From NCBI GenBank assembly GCA_012813795.1, contig GCA_012813795.1_4087.1: a DNA stretch of 64,000 nt; one strand, written 5' to 3'. The DNA is from a phage. Positions 17,851 through 32,272 of this stretch are shown here, in pieces. The notes below the pieces were generated by a model. That model was not told the DNA's origin and made no database searches. It worked only from the letters and a program-made list of their open reading frames with translations. The stretch's first letter is position 1. Every line of letters starts with the position of its first letter. The position numbers and the translations under genes were made by a program.

Positions 17851-18129
17851 TCAGTACTGAATGTTTAGTTTAGGATGAGTATGTCCATCTTCGATTTGTT
17901 TTAGAATCGAGTCACGAATTTCTACTGCCCCTTGATAACTATATTTATCTCGTGGGATCACCCATGTATATTCACCATCAGTGGTTTTAAAATCAATACA
18001 CGGGTTATCTTTATATTCAGATGCAACCATTGCAATTACATGAATAGAATTCAAAGAATGATTAGAATACGGATAATTATCTTTGAACTTAAAGGTCTTG
18101 AGTTCTTCAGGAGCTACAATGAATTCCAT
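17851..18129 (-). CDS. hypothetical protein (92 aa)
   Basis: ORF track. Confidence 0.5.
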   Translation of the reverse strand: MEFIVAPEELKTFKFKDNYPYSNHSLNSIHVIAMVASEYKDNPCIDFKTTDGEYTWVIPRDKYSYQGAVEIRDSILKQIEDGHTHPKLNIQY

Positions 18130-18344
18130 TATTCATCCTCGTACTTCTTAAATGGTGGTACTGTTACATTGAAGTCTTTGCACATTTTAGTGGAACGAAC
18201 TTCAGTGTTGTTGTGGTAATTCTTCTTAAATTCATAAGAAACAAAATTACGAATACCTGGTGTATGAATAATTGCAAGAACAAAGGTACGACCAAAAAGA
18301 CATAACAAATTCCAGAACATATTAATCTCCAAATTAGTAGGCAT
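18129..18344 (-). CDS. hypothetical protein (71 aa)
   Basis: ORF track. Confidence 0.4.
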   Translation of the reverse strand: MPTNLEINMFWNLLCLFGRTFVLAIIHTPGIRNFVSYEFKKNYHNNTEVRSTKMCKDFNVTVPPFKKYEDE

Positions 18345-18688
18345 TAATCAAACGTGATACATCTAGTATAGCGTTAATCTCTTCTAATGTCAAGTCACCA
18401 ATGTCATTTATCATTGAGTACTGAAACAGTGATTCTTCAGTGTAATTGCATTCTGGTACAGCGATAAGGATAGGCTGCTTGGATACGTCCAAAGTTATTT
18501 TAGCCATTGTGCTATATATATCAAATTGATATAATTGATTTTTGGAAGTATATGATATGTATATATTATTTGATTCAGATGGATGTACCAAGGTAAAACC
18601 ATCGTAACATAATAGTTTAATGTTCGGATCGTCAAAATTGCCTGTATAAAGGTTCTTTCGAACATCTTGTATTATACGTACTATTAGA

Positions 18689-18696
<8 letters not shown>
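18334..18696 (-). CDS. EEYFQ-motif paralog family member
   Basis: YTEESLFQYSMINDIGDLTLEEINAIL. Confidence 0.6.
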
Positions 18697-19465
<769 letters not shown>

Positions 19466-19468
19466 ACA

Positions 19469-19601
<133 letters not shown>

Positions 19602-19602
19602 A

Positions 19603-19702
<100 letters not shown>

Positions 19703-19746
19703 ATAGGCACATACGGGTCTGCTTTTAAGCTACTGATTCGGGAATC

Positions 19747-19792
<46 letters not shown>

Positions 19793-19799
19793 CGTTCTT

Positions 19800-20018
<219 letters not shown>

Positions 20019-20027
20019 TAATACCCT

Positions 20028-20429
20028 TTAGTAGTTTAAGTCAGCGGCGTTGAACACACCGAGTGAAGTCTTACCACGTAGTTTAGGGGAAATGACATAT
20101 TTTGTCAATGTCTTTTTACCGTACCAGTACTCGAAATCTTTTTCTTCTACATACGGATTAGGGAAATCCCATTTGCGTTCTTTATGAATTTGCTTGGCCT
20201 GGACTTGAAGCTTTTCAACTTCATCTGGTGGTACAGTATCTACATTATTAAACTGCATGTACATACCTTTTAACCCATCAAGAATTAATTTTTCAGTTTC
20301 TTTAACTAATGTAATCTTTTCGATTCCAGTACTGATATTCATGTAGTCATCTACATAACCATTCCAGATAACAATCTCTGGATTACCTTCGATTCCCTGA
20401 AGCATCTTGATCAAGTCATTCTTTTTCAT
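20028..20429 (-). CDS. hypothetical protein (133 aa)
   Basis: ORF track; shared N-terminal motif with 19800..20015. Confidence 0.55.
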   Translation of the reverse strand: MKKNDLIKMLQGIEGNPEIVIWNGYVDDYMNISTGIEKITLVKETEKLILDGLKGMYMQFNNVDTVPPDEVEKLQVQAKQIHKERKWDFPNPYVEEKDFEYWYGKKTLTKYVISPKLRGKTSLGVFNAADLNY

Positions 20430-20437
20430 TTGAATTC

Positions 20438-22078
<1,641 letters not shown>

Positions 22079-22094
22079 ATCACCAACTTTAATT

Positions 22095-22240
22095 AAAAAA
22101 ATGGATGGTGACGCTTTTAAACGCCGCTGTTAATTCAGCTTTATAACCACCCGTTTTAACTTGCCTTTCGGCTACCTTGACGTGGGGCGTACAGGCTACT
22201 AAAAGCAACTTCTGTAAACATATTTCCACGCCTTACCATT
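22095..22240 (-). ncRNA. structured RNA 2, related to 20811..20885
   Basis: Extended -10 promoter (CTGATATAAT at 22244..22252), no ORF, GCC-GAAA-GGC hairpin, GCTG-AATTAA-CAGC hairpin, closing stem followed by T7. Confidence 0.4.
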
Positions 22241-22263
22241 TTCATTATATCAGTACTTTTATC

Positions 22264-22503
22264 TTATACTTTAGTTAGTACTAAGTTGTTGATGTTGTTT
22301 ACATCTGGACAGACGTCGGTGCGATGCATCAATTCAATATCAAGAATGTATTGTTTGATTTTTGAAATGTCAATGTCTTTTTCTTGCATTACGATGATAC
22401 ATGACTCATTTAAAGTATATGTATCATAAGACCATCCCATTCCATCACCACGTGGAACTTTTTGTGATACATTATAACTATAACTCACAAAATACTTACC
22501 CAT
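22264..22503 (-). CDS. hypothetical protein (79 aa)
   Basis: Start moved to MGKYFVS, downstream of the promoter 22536..22563 start site. Confidence 0.5.
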   Translation of the reverse strand: MGKYFVSYSYNVSQKVPRGDGMGWSYDTYTLNESCIIVMQEKDIDISKIKQYILDIELMHRTDVCPDVNNINNLVLTKV

Positions 22504-22531
22504 TTCAATATACCTTCTGTTGTTAAGATAC

Positions 22532-23385
<854 letters not shown>

Positions 23386-23386
23386 C

Positions 23387-23570
<184 letters not shown>

Positions 23571-23574
<4 letters not shown>

Positions 23575-24074
23575 TTACGTTGCATCCAATGTGAGCCAGT
23601 CCATACTTTTTTCTTTTCACGTTCTATCTGTCGTTTTTTTAATTCTTCATCCCACAGGATATTGTCATTCAAGAAATAGTCATATAGTTCTTTTAATTTC
23701 AAATTATCAGAAAATGCGGGAAAGTACTTATTATCGCATACCAAGCTCTCTTGGAAATGTGCATCTTCATCTGTGATGTATCGATATGTAAAAATTCTAT
23801 TCGGGTTTGGATAGATACCATTTGTTTCAGAGAAACATTTTCTAAGTAGACTTTTACCAAAATCACAGATAATAGTGTCTTTACGAACAAAATTCCAGCG
23901 AGTAACCATTGTAATTGTTAGAGTTTGATAATTCTGATCTAAGCTTATTCGATGTTCACCATCTTTGTGCTTATAGTGATAAGTGCCCTGTTTTCGAACT
24001 GTTCGTTCAAACTCATTAATATTAATTTTACTTAAAATTTCAGTAATACTTTCCGGTACATGCGTAATGAGCAT
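23571..24074 (-). CDS. EEYFQ-motif paralog family member (divergent, 167 aa)
   Basis: ITDEDAHFQESLVCDN. Confidence 0.5.
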
Positions 24075-24119
24075 TATTGATCTCCTGTTTAAAACAAAAG
24101 AATAGCATATATATCAGTA

Positions 24120-24302
24120 CTAGTCAATTTTTTTACCTCTAACCGCAAGCTCATAGATGAACCAGCGATTACTATCCTCATCCAAGACAAATGATTTGAA
24201 CTTGTTCTTATCTTTTAAAATATCATAATGACCCTGGCGTACACCAAAGCCAAAATGATCATGTTTGAATTTTAATTCATCTAACCATTCTTGATGTGTC
24301 AT
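24120..24302 (-). CDS. MTHEEW small-protein family member (60 aa)
   Basis: Track ORF trimmed to MTHQEWLDELKFKHDHFGFG; ATGA overlap upstream. Confidence 0.55.
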   Translation of the reverse strand: MTHQEWLDELKFKHDHFGFGVRQGHYDILKDKNKFKSFVLDEDSNRWFIYELAVRGKKID

Positions 24303-24484
24303 GTGTAACATCCAGTTGTTCGTGCTATAGCGTACATAGTCCCATAGCAATCATAATAGCTAATGATCGAATTGAAATAATCATCACTATCACGTAAAAT
24401 ACTTCCAAGACCACCGAATGCGAAGAAGAAAATATCATTTTCATACAGTTTATCGTTTCTTTTATGCCATTCATCTAGTGTCAT
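24299..24484 (-). CDS. MTHEEW-family relative (61 aa)
   Basis: Begins MTLDEWHKRNDKLY. Confidence 0.5.
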   Translation of the reverse strand: MTLDEWHKRNDKLYENDIFFFAFGGLGSILRDSDDYFNSIISYYDCYGTMYAIARTTGCYT

Positions 24485-24485
24485 T

Positions 24486-24701
24486 TTATTTGTCCAGTAC
24501 TATCAAGTGTTTCATCTCTTCTTCGGTAAAGAATGCACTGTCGTGTACAATAGAACCATTTTCATCTATTACATAGTACAGGTTGCCATATCGTTGGACT
24601 TCAATTCCGTCGATTTCAATTCGTGGAAAATTATGCACAATACTGTCTGCACCGAAAACCTCACCAAAAAAGTTTGATGCTGGATTAATAATAACTTTCA
24701 T
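24486..24701 (-). CDS. hypothetical protein (71 aa)
   Basis: Start moved to MKVIINP (GAGG SD, downstream of terminator). Confidence 0.5.
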   Translation of the reverse strand: MKVIINPASNFFGEVFGADSIVHNFPRIEIDGIEVQRYGNLYYVIDENGSIVHDSAFFTEEEMKHLIVLDK

Positions 24702-24715
24702 ATGTACCTCGGAGT

Positions 24716-24747
24716 AAAAAAAATGAGTACTGCAAGCAGTACTCATA
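24716..24747 (-). terminator. rho-independent terminator
   Basis: ATGAGTACTGC-TTG-CAGTACTCAT followed by T8; stem built from two AGTACT copies. Confidence 0.8.
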
Positions 24748-24754
24748 AATAGTT

Positions 24755-25105
24755 TTATTTTTTGTAAAACAACCAACCGAATGCACGAACACCAGCATAC
24801 ATAATCATACTACGTGGCTTACCAACTTCAGTAGTACGTAGAGCCTGTAGTAGCACCTTATCACTATCTTTACGGGATAGCATACCAGTACTATACAAGT
24901 AGTCATGTATTGTTGCTGCGGCGTGACCCATATTACCGACTAGTTCAAATATACCACGAATACGTGGGACGCTTGCAAAATCAGTTTTGAAACCTGCGGG
25001 AACAACAATTTTAATACCGTTATACTCGTATTCTAGATCTTCTAGAACTTTCCAACGTTGACCTTCGTTATTAATTAATTCTACTTTAAGATTACTTTTA
25101 AACAT
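24755..25105 (-). CDS. DUF1353-like protein (116 aa)
   Basis: FKTDFASVPRI ... AATIHDYLY pattern. Confidence 0.55.
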   Translation of the reverse strand: MFKSNLKVELINNEGQRWKVLEDLEYEYNGIKIVVPAGFKTDFASVPRIRGIFELVGNMGHAAATIHDYLYSTGMLSRKDSDKVLLQALRTTEVGKPRSMIMYAGVRAFGWLFYKK

Positions 25106-25156
25106 AGTTACTCCTTAGATTAATCTATAGGTAACTATTTATTTTTTTTGAGAGTA

Positions 25157-25726
25157 TTAATATTCCTCAATTACTTCTAAGAAGGTATCCCATCCAGTAT
25201 AAGTAAAGTGGTCAAAATATTGTTTCTCACCACCGACCATATAAACTTCAATTGTACCATGATCAAATGCATCTTTTGGTTTACGTACAGCAGTTACAAT
25301 TGCTTTATGAGTGAAGTTATTGTAATCAGTGTACAGTACAATATCATTTACTTTAATCGTATCAGGTGTATAGATGGAAGCATTACGATTTAGGTTGTGC
25401 AGATAATGCTCAGCATACTCTTTGTTCTCAATAACACCATATACGTTACCAGGGAAAACCCTGCTACCATTACGTGTTAAGGCCCAGCCAGCCCCAACTT
25501 CTTGCAGTTCGTACACAAAATGTGTACACACTTTATCAACTTCGTGCAGTTCCCAAAAGTCACCATCGAGGTTTGAGAATTTGTAGATAGTATTAAGTTT
25601 TTCTCCTTCAAACGCAAGAAGAGCCACACCAATTTGAACTGTACCATCGTTTAACATAATGTTAAAGAGGTTGTTTGTGTTGAACATACGTTCAGCATTT
25701 TTTGGATTAAACTTCACTAAATTCAT
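25157..25726 (-). CDS. hypothetical protein (189 aa)
   Basis: ORF track; downstream of promoter 25754..25782. Confidence 0.6.
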   Translation of the reverse strand: MNLVKFNPKNAERMFNTNNLFNIMLNDGTVQIGVALLAFEGEKLNTIYKFSNLDGDFWELHEVDKVCTHFVYELQEVGAGWALTRNGSRVFPGNVYGVIENKEYAEHYLHNLNRNASIYTPDTIKVNDIVLYTDYNNFTHKAIVTAVRKPKDAFDHGTIEVYMVGGEKQYFDHFTYTGWDTFLEVIEEY

Positions 25727-25753
25727 TTTATATTCTCCAGTGTTATTGGAACT

Positions 25754-25782
25754 ATTATATCAGTACTGGATAGTACTGTCAA
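25754..25782 (-). promoter_or_regulatory. sigma-70-type promoter
   Basis: TTGACA-N17-TATAAT; spacer holds two AGTACT copies and a TG extended -10. Confidence 0.7.
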
Positions 25783-26171
25783 ATGTTTTTCATAACTTCT
25801 ACAATGAAATCAATTTTATCTTTGAGTTTATAAGGGATACATCCCGCATCACGCTCTAAAGAAGTAATTTTTTGGAACTCGTCTTCGTCTGATTCGGATA
25901 CATAGAATGGACTAGGTATAAATGATTCATCATCTGGAAGCTTCTTTGTTCGGTCAAACAATACTGCTGGGTTCACAAAATAAAATGCATTGATATCTGG
26001 GCGATAATACACACAATCAACCTTATAGTACTGATGTAACCACAAAGACAAAGAATATGTCCTTACATTTCCAATTGGTTTTGAGCCGGAAGCTATGTAA
26101 TTTATATTGTTTTTATCTTGAACCATTTCATAGATGTAATCAATGAGTTTTTGTAAGTCAGTATCAGACAT
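25779..26171 (-). CDS. hypothetical protein (130 aa), paralog of 21695..22078
   Basis: Shared SDEDEFQK motif and C-terminal helix. Confidence 0.55.
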   Translation of the reverse strand: MSDTDLQKLIDYIYEMVQDKNNINYIASGSKPIGNVRTYSLSLWLHQYYKVDCVYYRPDINAFYFVNPAVLFDRTKKLPDDESFIPSPFYVSESDEDEFQKITSLERDAGCIPYKLKDKIDFIVEVMKNI

Positions 26172-26182
26172 GAATTTTCCTT

Positions 26183-26214
26183 AAAAAAATACCCAGTATC
26201 TAATTACTGGGTAA
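26183..26214 (-). terminator. rho-independent terminator
   Basis: TACCCAGTA-ATTAGA-TACTGGGTA followed by T7. Confidence 0.75.
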
Positions 26215-26220
26215 TATATT

Positions 26221-26364
26221 TTATTTCTTTTCTGCTTCAGCAAACACTACTAAAATAGATGCACTGAGGTCGTCTACCATTTTAGTACTTTTTTCATCGA
26301 GATTTTTTGCAAGTGCTTGAATCTCTTGAAGTTTTAAAACCAAATCAACTTTCTGTGAACTCAT
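26221..26364 (-). CDS. possible 47-aa helical protein
   Basis: My translation gives MSSQKVDLVLKLQEIQALAKNLDEK...; stop just before the terminator; below track cutoff. Confidence 0.4.
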   Translation of the reverse strand: MSSQKVDLVLKLQEIQALAKNLDEKSTKMVDDLSASILVVFAEAEKK

Positions 26365-26366
26365 TT

Positions 26367-26663
26367 TTAATCTCCTAAGTCTAGATTGATATCACTAATA
26401 TCAAGGATTGTTTTTTGTTTAACAACTTGTGTTACCTGAACTTCTTCAGGGATTTCTCGTTCTTCTGTTACATCTTTCTTCAGAACTTCAGGGATAATTC
26501 CGTGTTGAACATCACAATACATCGAGACTACGGTTTCAGCACAAGAAAGCATTTCGCGAACCTTGTACTGATATCCTTGTGGTAAATCTTTTACTGCGTC
26601 CATTACGTGTAGAAGTCGATTTTGAACTTCAACGAGGACTTTACTTGCTTCATCTGGTAACAT
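26367..26663 (-). CDS. hypothetical protein (98 aa)
   Basis: ORF track. Confidence 0.5.
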   Translation of the reverse strand: MLPDEASKVLVEVQNRLLHVMDAVKDLPQGYQYKVREMLSCAETVVSMYCDVQHGIIPEVLKKDVTEEREIPEEVQVTQVVKQKTILDISDINLDLGD

Positions 26664-27202
26664 TATAACTCCACGATATCACTATCACGCTTATGCACAT
26701 GATTTGGTGCTGCGTTTTCTGAACTTGGTTTCTTTAACTCGTGTTCAAGTTTTAGAATACGTTTAAATGTATTTAAACTTGGACGTTTCTTATAAAATTC
26801 TTCCTTTCGTTGACCGTAGTAACGATGGATATATCCATAAGCATAGTATTTAGAACCAATCCAGATTTCACCTTCTGAATTAAGAACTTTAACATAACGT
26901 GGATCTGCATGACTAGTGCGATATTGATTTGCTACAAGTGTTGTTTCTTCATCGTTAGGATTGACAAACATAATCGTGTCATCAGATGGTGATAATTTCG
27001 CAATAAGTATTCCAGCTTCAGTCTTATCTAGTAATAGATTAATGGCTGTATCAGCTTCTTTATTATATGACATAGCTGACATAAGAAACTGGAAAGAACG
27101 AAAATATTTAGAACCACTTATGCATGTATTAATAATTAATCCTACCGTTATCAACACCAGAACACTAAGGCATCCAAATAAAAAATAATATTCTACACCC
27201 AT
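26663..27202 (-). CDS. N-terminal-TM protein (179 aa)
   Basis: Start moved to MGVEYYFLFGCLSVLVLITV (GAGGA SD). Confidence 0.5.
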   Translation of the reverse strand: MGVEYYFLFGCLSVLVLITVGLIINTCISGSKYFRSFQFLMSAMSYNKEADTAINLLLDKTEAGILIAKLSPSDDTIMFVNPNDEETTLVANQYRTSHADPRYVKVLNSEGEIWIGSKYYAYGYIHRYYGQRKEEFYKKRPSLNTFKRILKLEHELKKPSSENAAPNHVHKRDSDIVEL

Positions 27203-27267
27203 TTTCTTTTTTCCTCTATACTTTTGATTAAAAAGCCCCATCCATATGGACAGGGCATAAACCCTAA

Positions 27268-27477
27268 TTACTTACGATTTGCTTTACGCAGTTCGTGTAG
27301 TTCTTCTTGGAGATTTTTCTTCCAAGTGATGAGATGAGCGAACATGATTGGCTTAGCACCAGTACCGTGGAATTGAGCAAGTGCTTCTTCCGCTTGGTGA
27401 ATTTGGAACTGAATGTAGTTTACAGTGCGGTCAAAATCAGTTACGTCTAGTACTTGTGCTTTAATTTCTTGTGCCAT
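27268..27477 (-). CDS. hypothetical helical protein (69 aa)
   Basis: ORF track. Confidence 0.5.
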   Translation of the reverse strand: MAQEIKAQVLDVTDFDRTVNYIQFQIHQAEEALAQFHGTGAKPIMFAHLITWKKNLQEELHELRKANRK

Positions 27478-27560
27478 TGTTAATACCCTTTTATTTCTTT
27501 TTTATAGAACCCTCAATCATTGAGGAAGTGATTTGCATTTTAACATCTGCCGATGAAAAC

Positions 27561-27589
27561 ATTATATCATTGGATTCGAAATTGTTCCA
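27561..27589 (-). promoter_or_regulatory. possible promoter (weak -35)
   Basis: TGGAAC-N17-TATAAT-GTTTTC. Confidence 0.35.
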
Positions 27590-27596
27590 CAACTTC

Positions 27597-27893
27597 TTAA
27601 GAATTTTTTAGAACAATCTCAACTACAGGTAAATCAGTGTTATTTGATTCTTGTTCATTGTAACCGTTACTGATAAGAACGTCAATAACTTTTTTAGAAT
27701 CAATTGTGAAACTTTCCAACTCAGTATAACGGTAATACCCGATAGTCTGGCTGAACTCGTACTCACCTGGACGTTGACGGCAACACGTTTGGGTTGCTGA
27801 CATGATATTATTAATTAGATAATATGATTCAGTACTTTCACATGTTGGTACATAGAACTTATTATCAAAAACTAGAACTTCATGTTTATTCAT
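27597..27893 (-). CDS. hypothetical protein (98 aa)
   Basis: ORF track. Confidence 0.5.
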   Translation of the reverse strand: MNKHEVLVFDNKFYVPTCESTESYYLINNIMSATQTCCRQRPGEYEFSQTIGYYRYTELESFTIDSKKVIDVLISNGYNEQESNNTDLPVVEIVLKNS

Positions 27894-28161
27894 ACATTGA
27901 TCTCAGTTCAGATAGTAAACGCTCAGTGATTTCTTTTTGAATTCCAGTAATCTCACTATTCAGACATGATAGACGCTTGGACAGTGCTGAAAATTGTTTA
28001 GCATCTTCTTTAGAACGTTCGTTACGAACTTTATCTGAACTCCAGTTGGCATAGGATTGTTCATCCTTGCGGTTAAGAATATCCCAATCCAGACGAACAA
28101 TGCGGCGTTCTTCACGGAGTTTAGATAGGCGTTCTTTCAGTACTTCTGTTGATTCGGTCAT
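27886..28161 (-). CDS. coiled-coil protein (91 aa)
   Basis: Start moved to MTESTEVLKERL (AAGGGA SD, after upstream stop). Confidence 0.5.
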   Translation of the reverse strand: MTESTEVLKERLSKLREERRIVRLDWDILNRKDEQSYANWSSDKVRNERSKEDAKQFSALSKRLSCLNSEITGIQKEITERLLSELRSMYE

Positions 28162-28171
28162 TCGCTTTCCC

Positions 28172-28435
28172 TTATTGAAGATTGACGATGTGAGGATTAT
28201 ACTCAACATAACCATTCTTTGCAAGAAGTTTTTTAATATCAGCATCTGTGGTAATATATTCTTCTGGATTGCGTGATTGAACGTCAACACGCTTAACAAA
28301 CGGTTCCTTAGTACTGATATCTCTCTTCAACCCTTGAATGCGTTGTAACATATCCAGAGGGTCTGGACTGAATTCATTACCAACATAAAGAGTGCTTTGA
28401 TGTTCACTGCCATATACGTATTCTAAAATTTTCAT
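28172..28435 (-). CDS. hypothetical protein (87 aa)
   Basis: ORF track. Confidence 0.5.
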   Translation of the reverse strand: MKILEYVYGSEHQSTLYVGNEFSPDPLDMLQRIQGLKRDISTKEPFVKRVDVQSRNPEEYITTDADIKKLLAKNGYVEYNPHIVNLQ

Positions 28436-29250
28436 CGCTTATCCTCGTCAGTTACACCTTGTACTGGGAAGTACAAATCACAGTCATCTTTAGGGTTGAT
28501 TACTCTATATTGTTTAACGAGTATATCATTTACACCGCTGTTGTCAATGATTAAATCCATCACCTGATTCCATTTCTGTAGATCAACCACTGATATGTTT
28601 TTACGGTACAAATCATGCCCTTTACAATGAACAAACCCAATAACTTCACTGTTGTATTTGATACATACTGTGATTTCACCTTCAACTATGTTATTAAAAT
28701 TATAATACGATTTATCATATATAAGGTAACTTTCAAGGGCCGTACATTCAGATACAGCATCAGCAAGCATGTCTGCTATTTCAATTGAAATCTCACGATC
28801 CAAATGTTCTTCTACACAGTACTGTATTGTACCAAATACATCCTCCCCGACAGATGGTGCATTGATAGCGACTTTAAGTGGTGCTGGCTTTATATAAAGT
28901 TTTGGAAACTCATCAGTACTAATGAATACAGCATCACATATGTTATGTACAATCTCTGCATATGGAGTATACAGATAGAAAACATTAGTCTCATGTACAT
29001 CTGTTTCAATCCATACGTCCGAATCAGACAATTCACTTTTATTCAGTACACGATTTGTGAATCCAATGTGAAGACAATCGTGTTCTTCCTCGTTATTAAT
29101 TTTAATAGGACAAAACATGATGTAAGGATAACGTTTTAAGTACCCGTTAAATTTACGGCGTACATCACGGTCGCAATTCATCAAGTACTTTGTTAAGTTA
29201 TCTTTTAATATCTTTTCAATACTCATTATCCGATTTCTCATCTTGCTCAT
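28432..29250 (-). CDS. hypothetical protein (272 aa; start uncertain)
   Basis: ORF track; several in-frame Met near the N-terminus. Confidence 0.6.
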   Translation of the reverse strand: MSKMRNRIMSIEKILKDNLTKYLMNCDRDVRRKFNGYLKRYPYIMFCPIKINNEEEHDCLHIGFTNRVLNKSELSDSDVWIETDVHETNVFYLYTPYAEIVHNICDAVFISTDEFPKLYIKPAPLKVAINAPSVGEDVFGTIQYCVEEHLDREISIEIADMLADAVSECTALESYLIYDKSYYNFNNIVEGEITVCIKYNSEVIGFVHCKGHDLYRKNISVVDLQKWNQVMDLIIDNSGVNDILVKQYRVINPKDDCDLYFPVQGVTDEDKR

Positions 29251-29470
29251 ATGGACTTTTGCGGTTCATCACCCAAACAACAAATAGTAACCAAATCACA
29301 AAACCTAATATACGCAATGCAAAGTCAATATCAGTGTTAGTTCCACCATTATATTGGTAAATGATGGATGGAATCAAAGCAACTACAATTGTGATTAAGG
29401 TCATAAGAGCGAATACAACACCTTCAACGATGATTTTCACTTGTTCCCATATAGTTTTAAGATGTTCCAT
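29216..29470 (-). CDS. two-TM membrane protein (84 aa)
   Basis: Two hydrophobic segments. Confidence 0.5.
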   Translation of the reverse strand: MEHLKTIWEQVKIIVEGVVFALMTLITIVVALIPSIIYQYNGGTNTDIDFALRILGFVIWLLFVVWVMNRKSPYEQDEKSDNEY

Positions 29471-30036
29471 TACATGTCCTCTGAACCGATTCTAACCAAT
29501 TTCTGTTCATTATAGAAATCGCAGAAATCACCTTTCATGTATTTGATTTTAAGATTGCGTGTGCCTACCAGACGACGCAAACGACGCTTAACTGCACTCA
29601 GATCAGTTGAGAAGTTAAGATACATACCACCGACTTTACCTGGTACATCTGGTACGTACAGGTAATATGCATATTCCATTACCAGTCGTTGCTGGAACTG
29701 TTTCAGTGCAGCTTTGTATTCATCGAGGTTTTCAAAAAACACAGCATAGCATTCGGATTTACCCCACGGTGTACGTTTAAACATGCGGAAGTATTCATAA
29801 TTATCCCAATTCTCTTCTGTTGGATTGGGATTCACACATTCCAATGATGCGTCGGATTGACCACCTGATTTCCAAACTTCTTTCAAACCATTTTCAAAAA
29901 CAAAAAGAGTTGCCTCTTTACCACGGAAATGTTTTCTGTGCTTAGATAGTACTTGAATATGATTGCGTTTATGGTGATACATTTCATGTCCAATGTATTC
30001 ATCACTGTATTCACAAATCTTTTCACATCCAGCCAT
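29470..30036 (-). CDS. hypothetical protein (188 aa)
   Basis: ORF track; downstream of promoter 30075..30103. Confidence 0.6.
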   Translation of the reverse strand: MAGCEKICEYSDEYIGHEMYHHKRNHIQVLSKHRKHFRGKEATLFVFENGLKEVWKSGGQSDASLECVNPNPTEENWDNYEYFRMFKRTPWGKSECYAVFFENLDEYKAALKQFQQRLVMEYAYYLYVPDVPGKVGGMYLNFSTDLSAVKRRLRRLVGTRNLKIKYMKGDFCDFYNEQKLVRIGSEDM

Positions 30037-30074
30037 TTTTATTTTACCTTTTTGTTTAATTAAAAGACGAGAGT

Positions 30075-30103
30075 ATTATCACACACTCTCGATATATTGT
30101 CAA
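30075..30103 (-). promoter_or_regulatory. sigma-70-type promoter
   Basis: TTGACA-N17-GATAAT; the -35 overlaps the stop of the upstream small ORF. Confidence 0.6.
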
Positions 30104-30270
30104 TCTTCTTTTTTGACTTCTTCATGTAACCCGTATCGTGGGTCATATCGGTCATAAGTAGTACCGTTAGTACTGGCCTTAATGCTTTCAGTACGATTGA
30201 TTGGTTCAATCGATACACCACGATAACCAATCTCTTCTTTGAACTGTTTCCAGGATTCACTCAGACTCAT
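30100..30270 (-). CDS. hypothetical 56-aa protein
   Basis: My translation gives MSLSESWKQFKEEIGYRGVSIEP... with AAGGGGA SD; preferred over track ORF 30060..30260 in another frame. Confidence 0.45.
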   Translation of the reverse strand: MSLSESWKQFKEEIGYRGVSIEPINRTESIKASTNGTTYDRYDPRYGLHEEVKKED

Positions 30271-30282
30271 TTTGTCCCCTTA

Positions 30283-30426
30283 TTATTTCATACACTCGCG
30301 TAGATCAATCTTTTCAACTGAACCACCAAGTACTAGATAGTAAAAATTAGAATCTTTATTAGCCATATTCAGAAGATCTGCTTTCTGTTGAAGTGTAAAG
30401 CGTGATGTACTGTTACGCACTGGCAT
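30283..30426 (-). CDS. possible 47-aa protein
   Basis: My translation gives MPVRNSTSRFTLQQKADLLNMANK...; starts 2 nt after the upstream stop. Confidence 0.35.
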   Translation of the reverse strand: MPVRNSTSRFTLQQKADLLNMANKDSNFYYLVLGGSVEKIDLRECMK

Positions 30427-30428
30427 AG

Positions 30429-30868
30429 TTACTCCTTAAAGTAGATATCACGAATTTGTTTAATCATCTCTAACTCTTGAAGTCCTATCATACCAAAGTC
30501 TTCTTGTATTGTCAACTGCTGAAAGTACATTTCTTCTAAATTATTGTACGGAATCCCAACAAGATTCAAAGGCTCACTTTCCACACGATATATTGTATCT
30601 TCTACGTCATGCTTTTCAATGTGAATACTAAATGTATCTTTTTGAATTCTAAATTTATAAAATGTTTGATTTGATGTAAACAATCCAACTTTAGGATGGA
30701 ATCCCATTTGAATACACAAACAATCTTCATCGTTATATTTCAGGTATATAGTTTTTGACGTTGCCAGTACTTTAGACTTTGGGTAGTAAAAGTCCCCCAT
30801 CTCCTTCTGGCGTAGCCAATCATTATAAACTACCGGATGTTTAACTTTCTTTAATTGGTGCAGTACTG

Positions 30869-30884
<16 letters not shown>
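30429..30884 (-). CDS. EEYFQ-motif paralog family member
   Basis: NNLEEMYFQQLTIQEDFGMIGLQELEMI. Confidence 0.6.
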
Positions 30885-32257
<1,373 letters not shown>

Positions 32258-32272
32258 TTGTGCCTCTGATGG

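Noticed and set aside
17694-17867. A 57-codon plus-strand ORF (MLYLSRTTMIGTGPGENGK...) downstream of an AGGAGG in the hairpin-rich spacer.
   Set aside because: The SD-to-ATG spacing is about 15 nt, the frame runs straight through three long hairpins, and it is antisense to the local transcription direction.
30060-30260. Track ORF 30060..30260 (66 aa).
   Set aside because: An alternative 56-codon frame (30100..30270) has a strong AAGGGGA SD and a more protein-like sequence, and its stop is embedded in the next promoter's -35. The track ORF lacks an SD.
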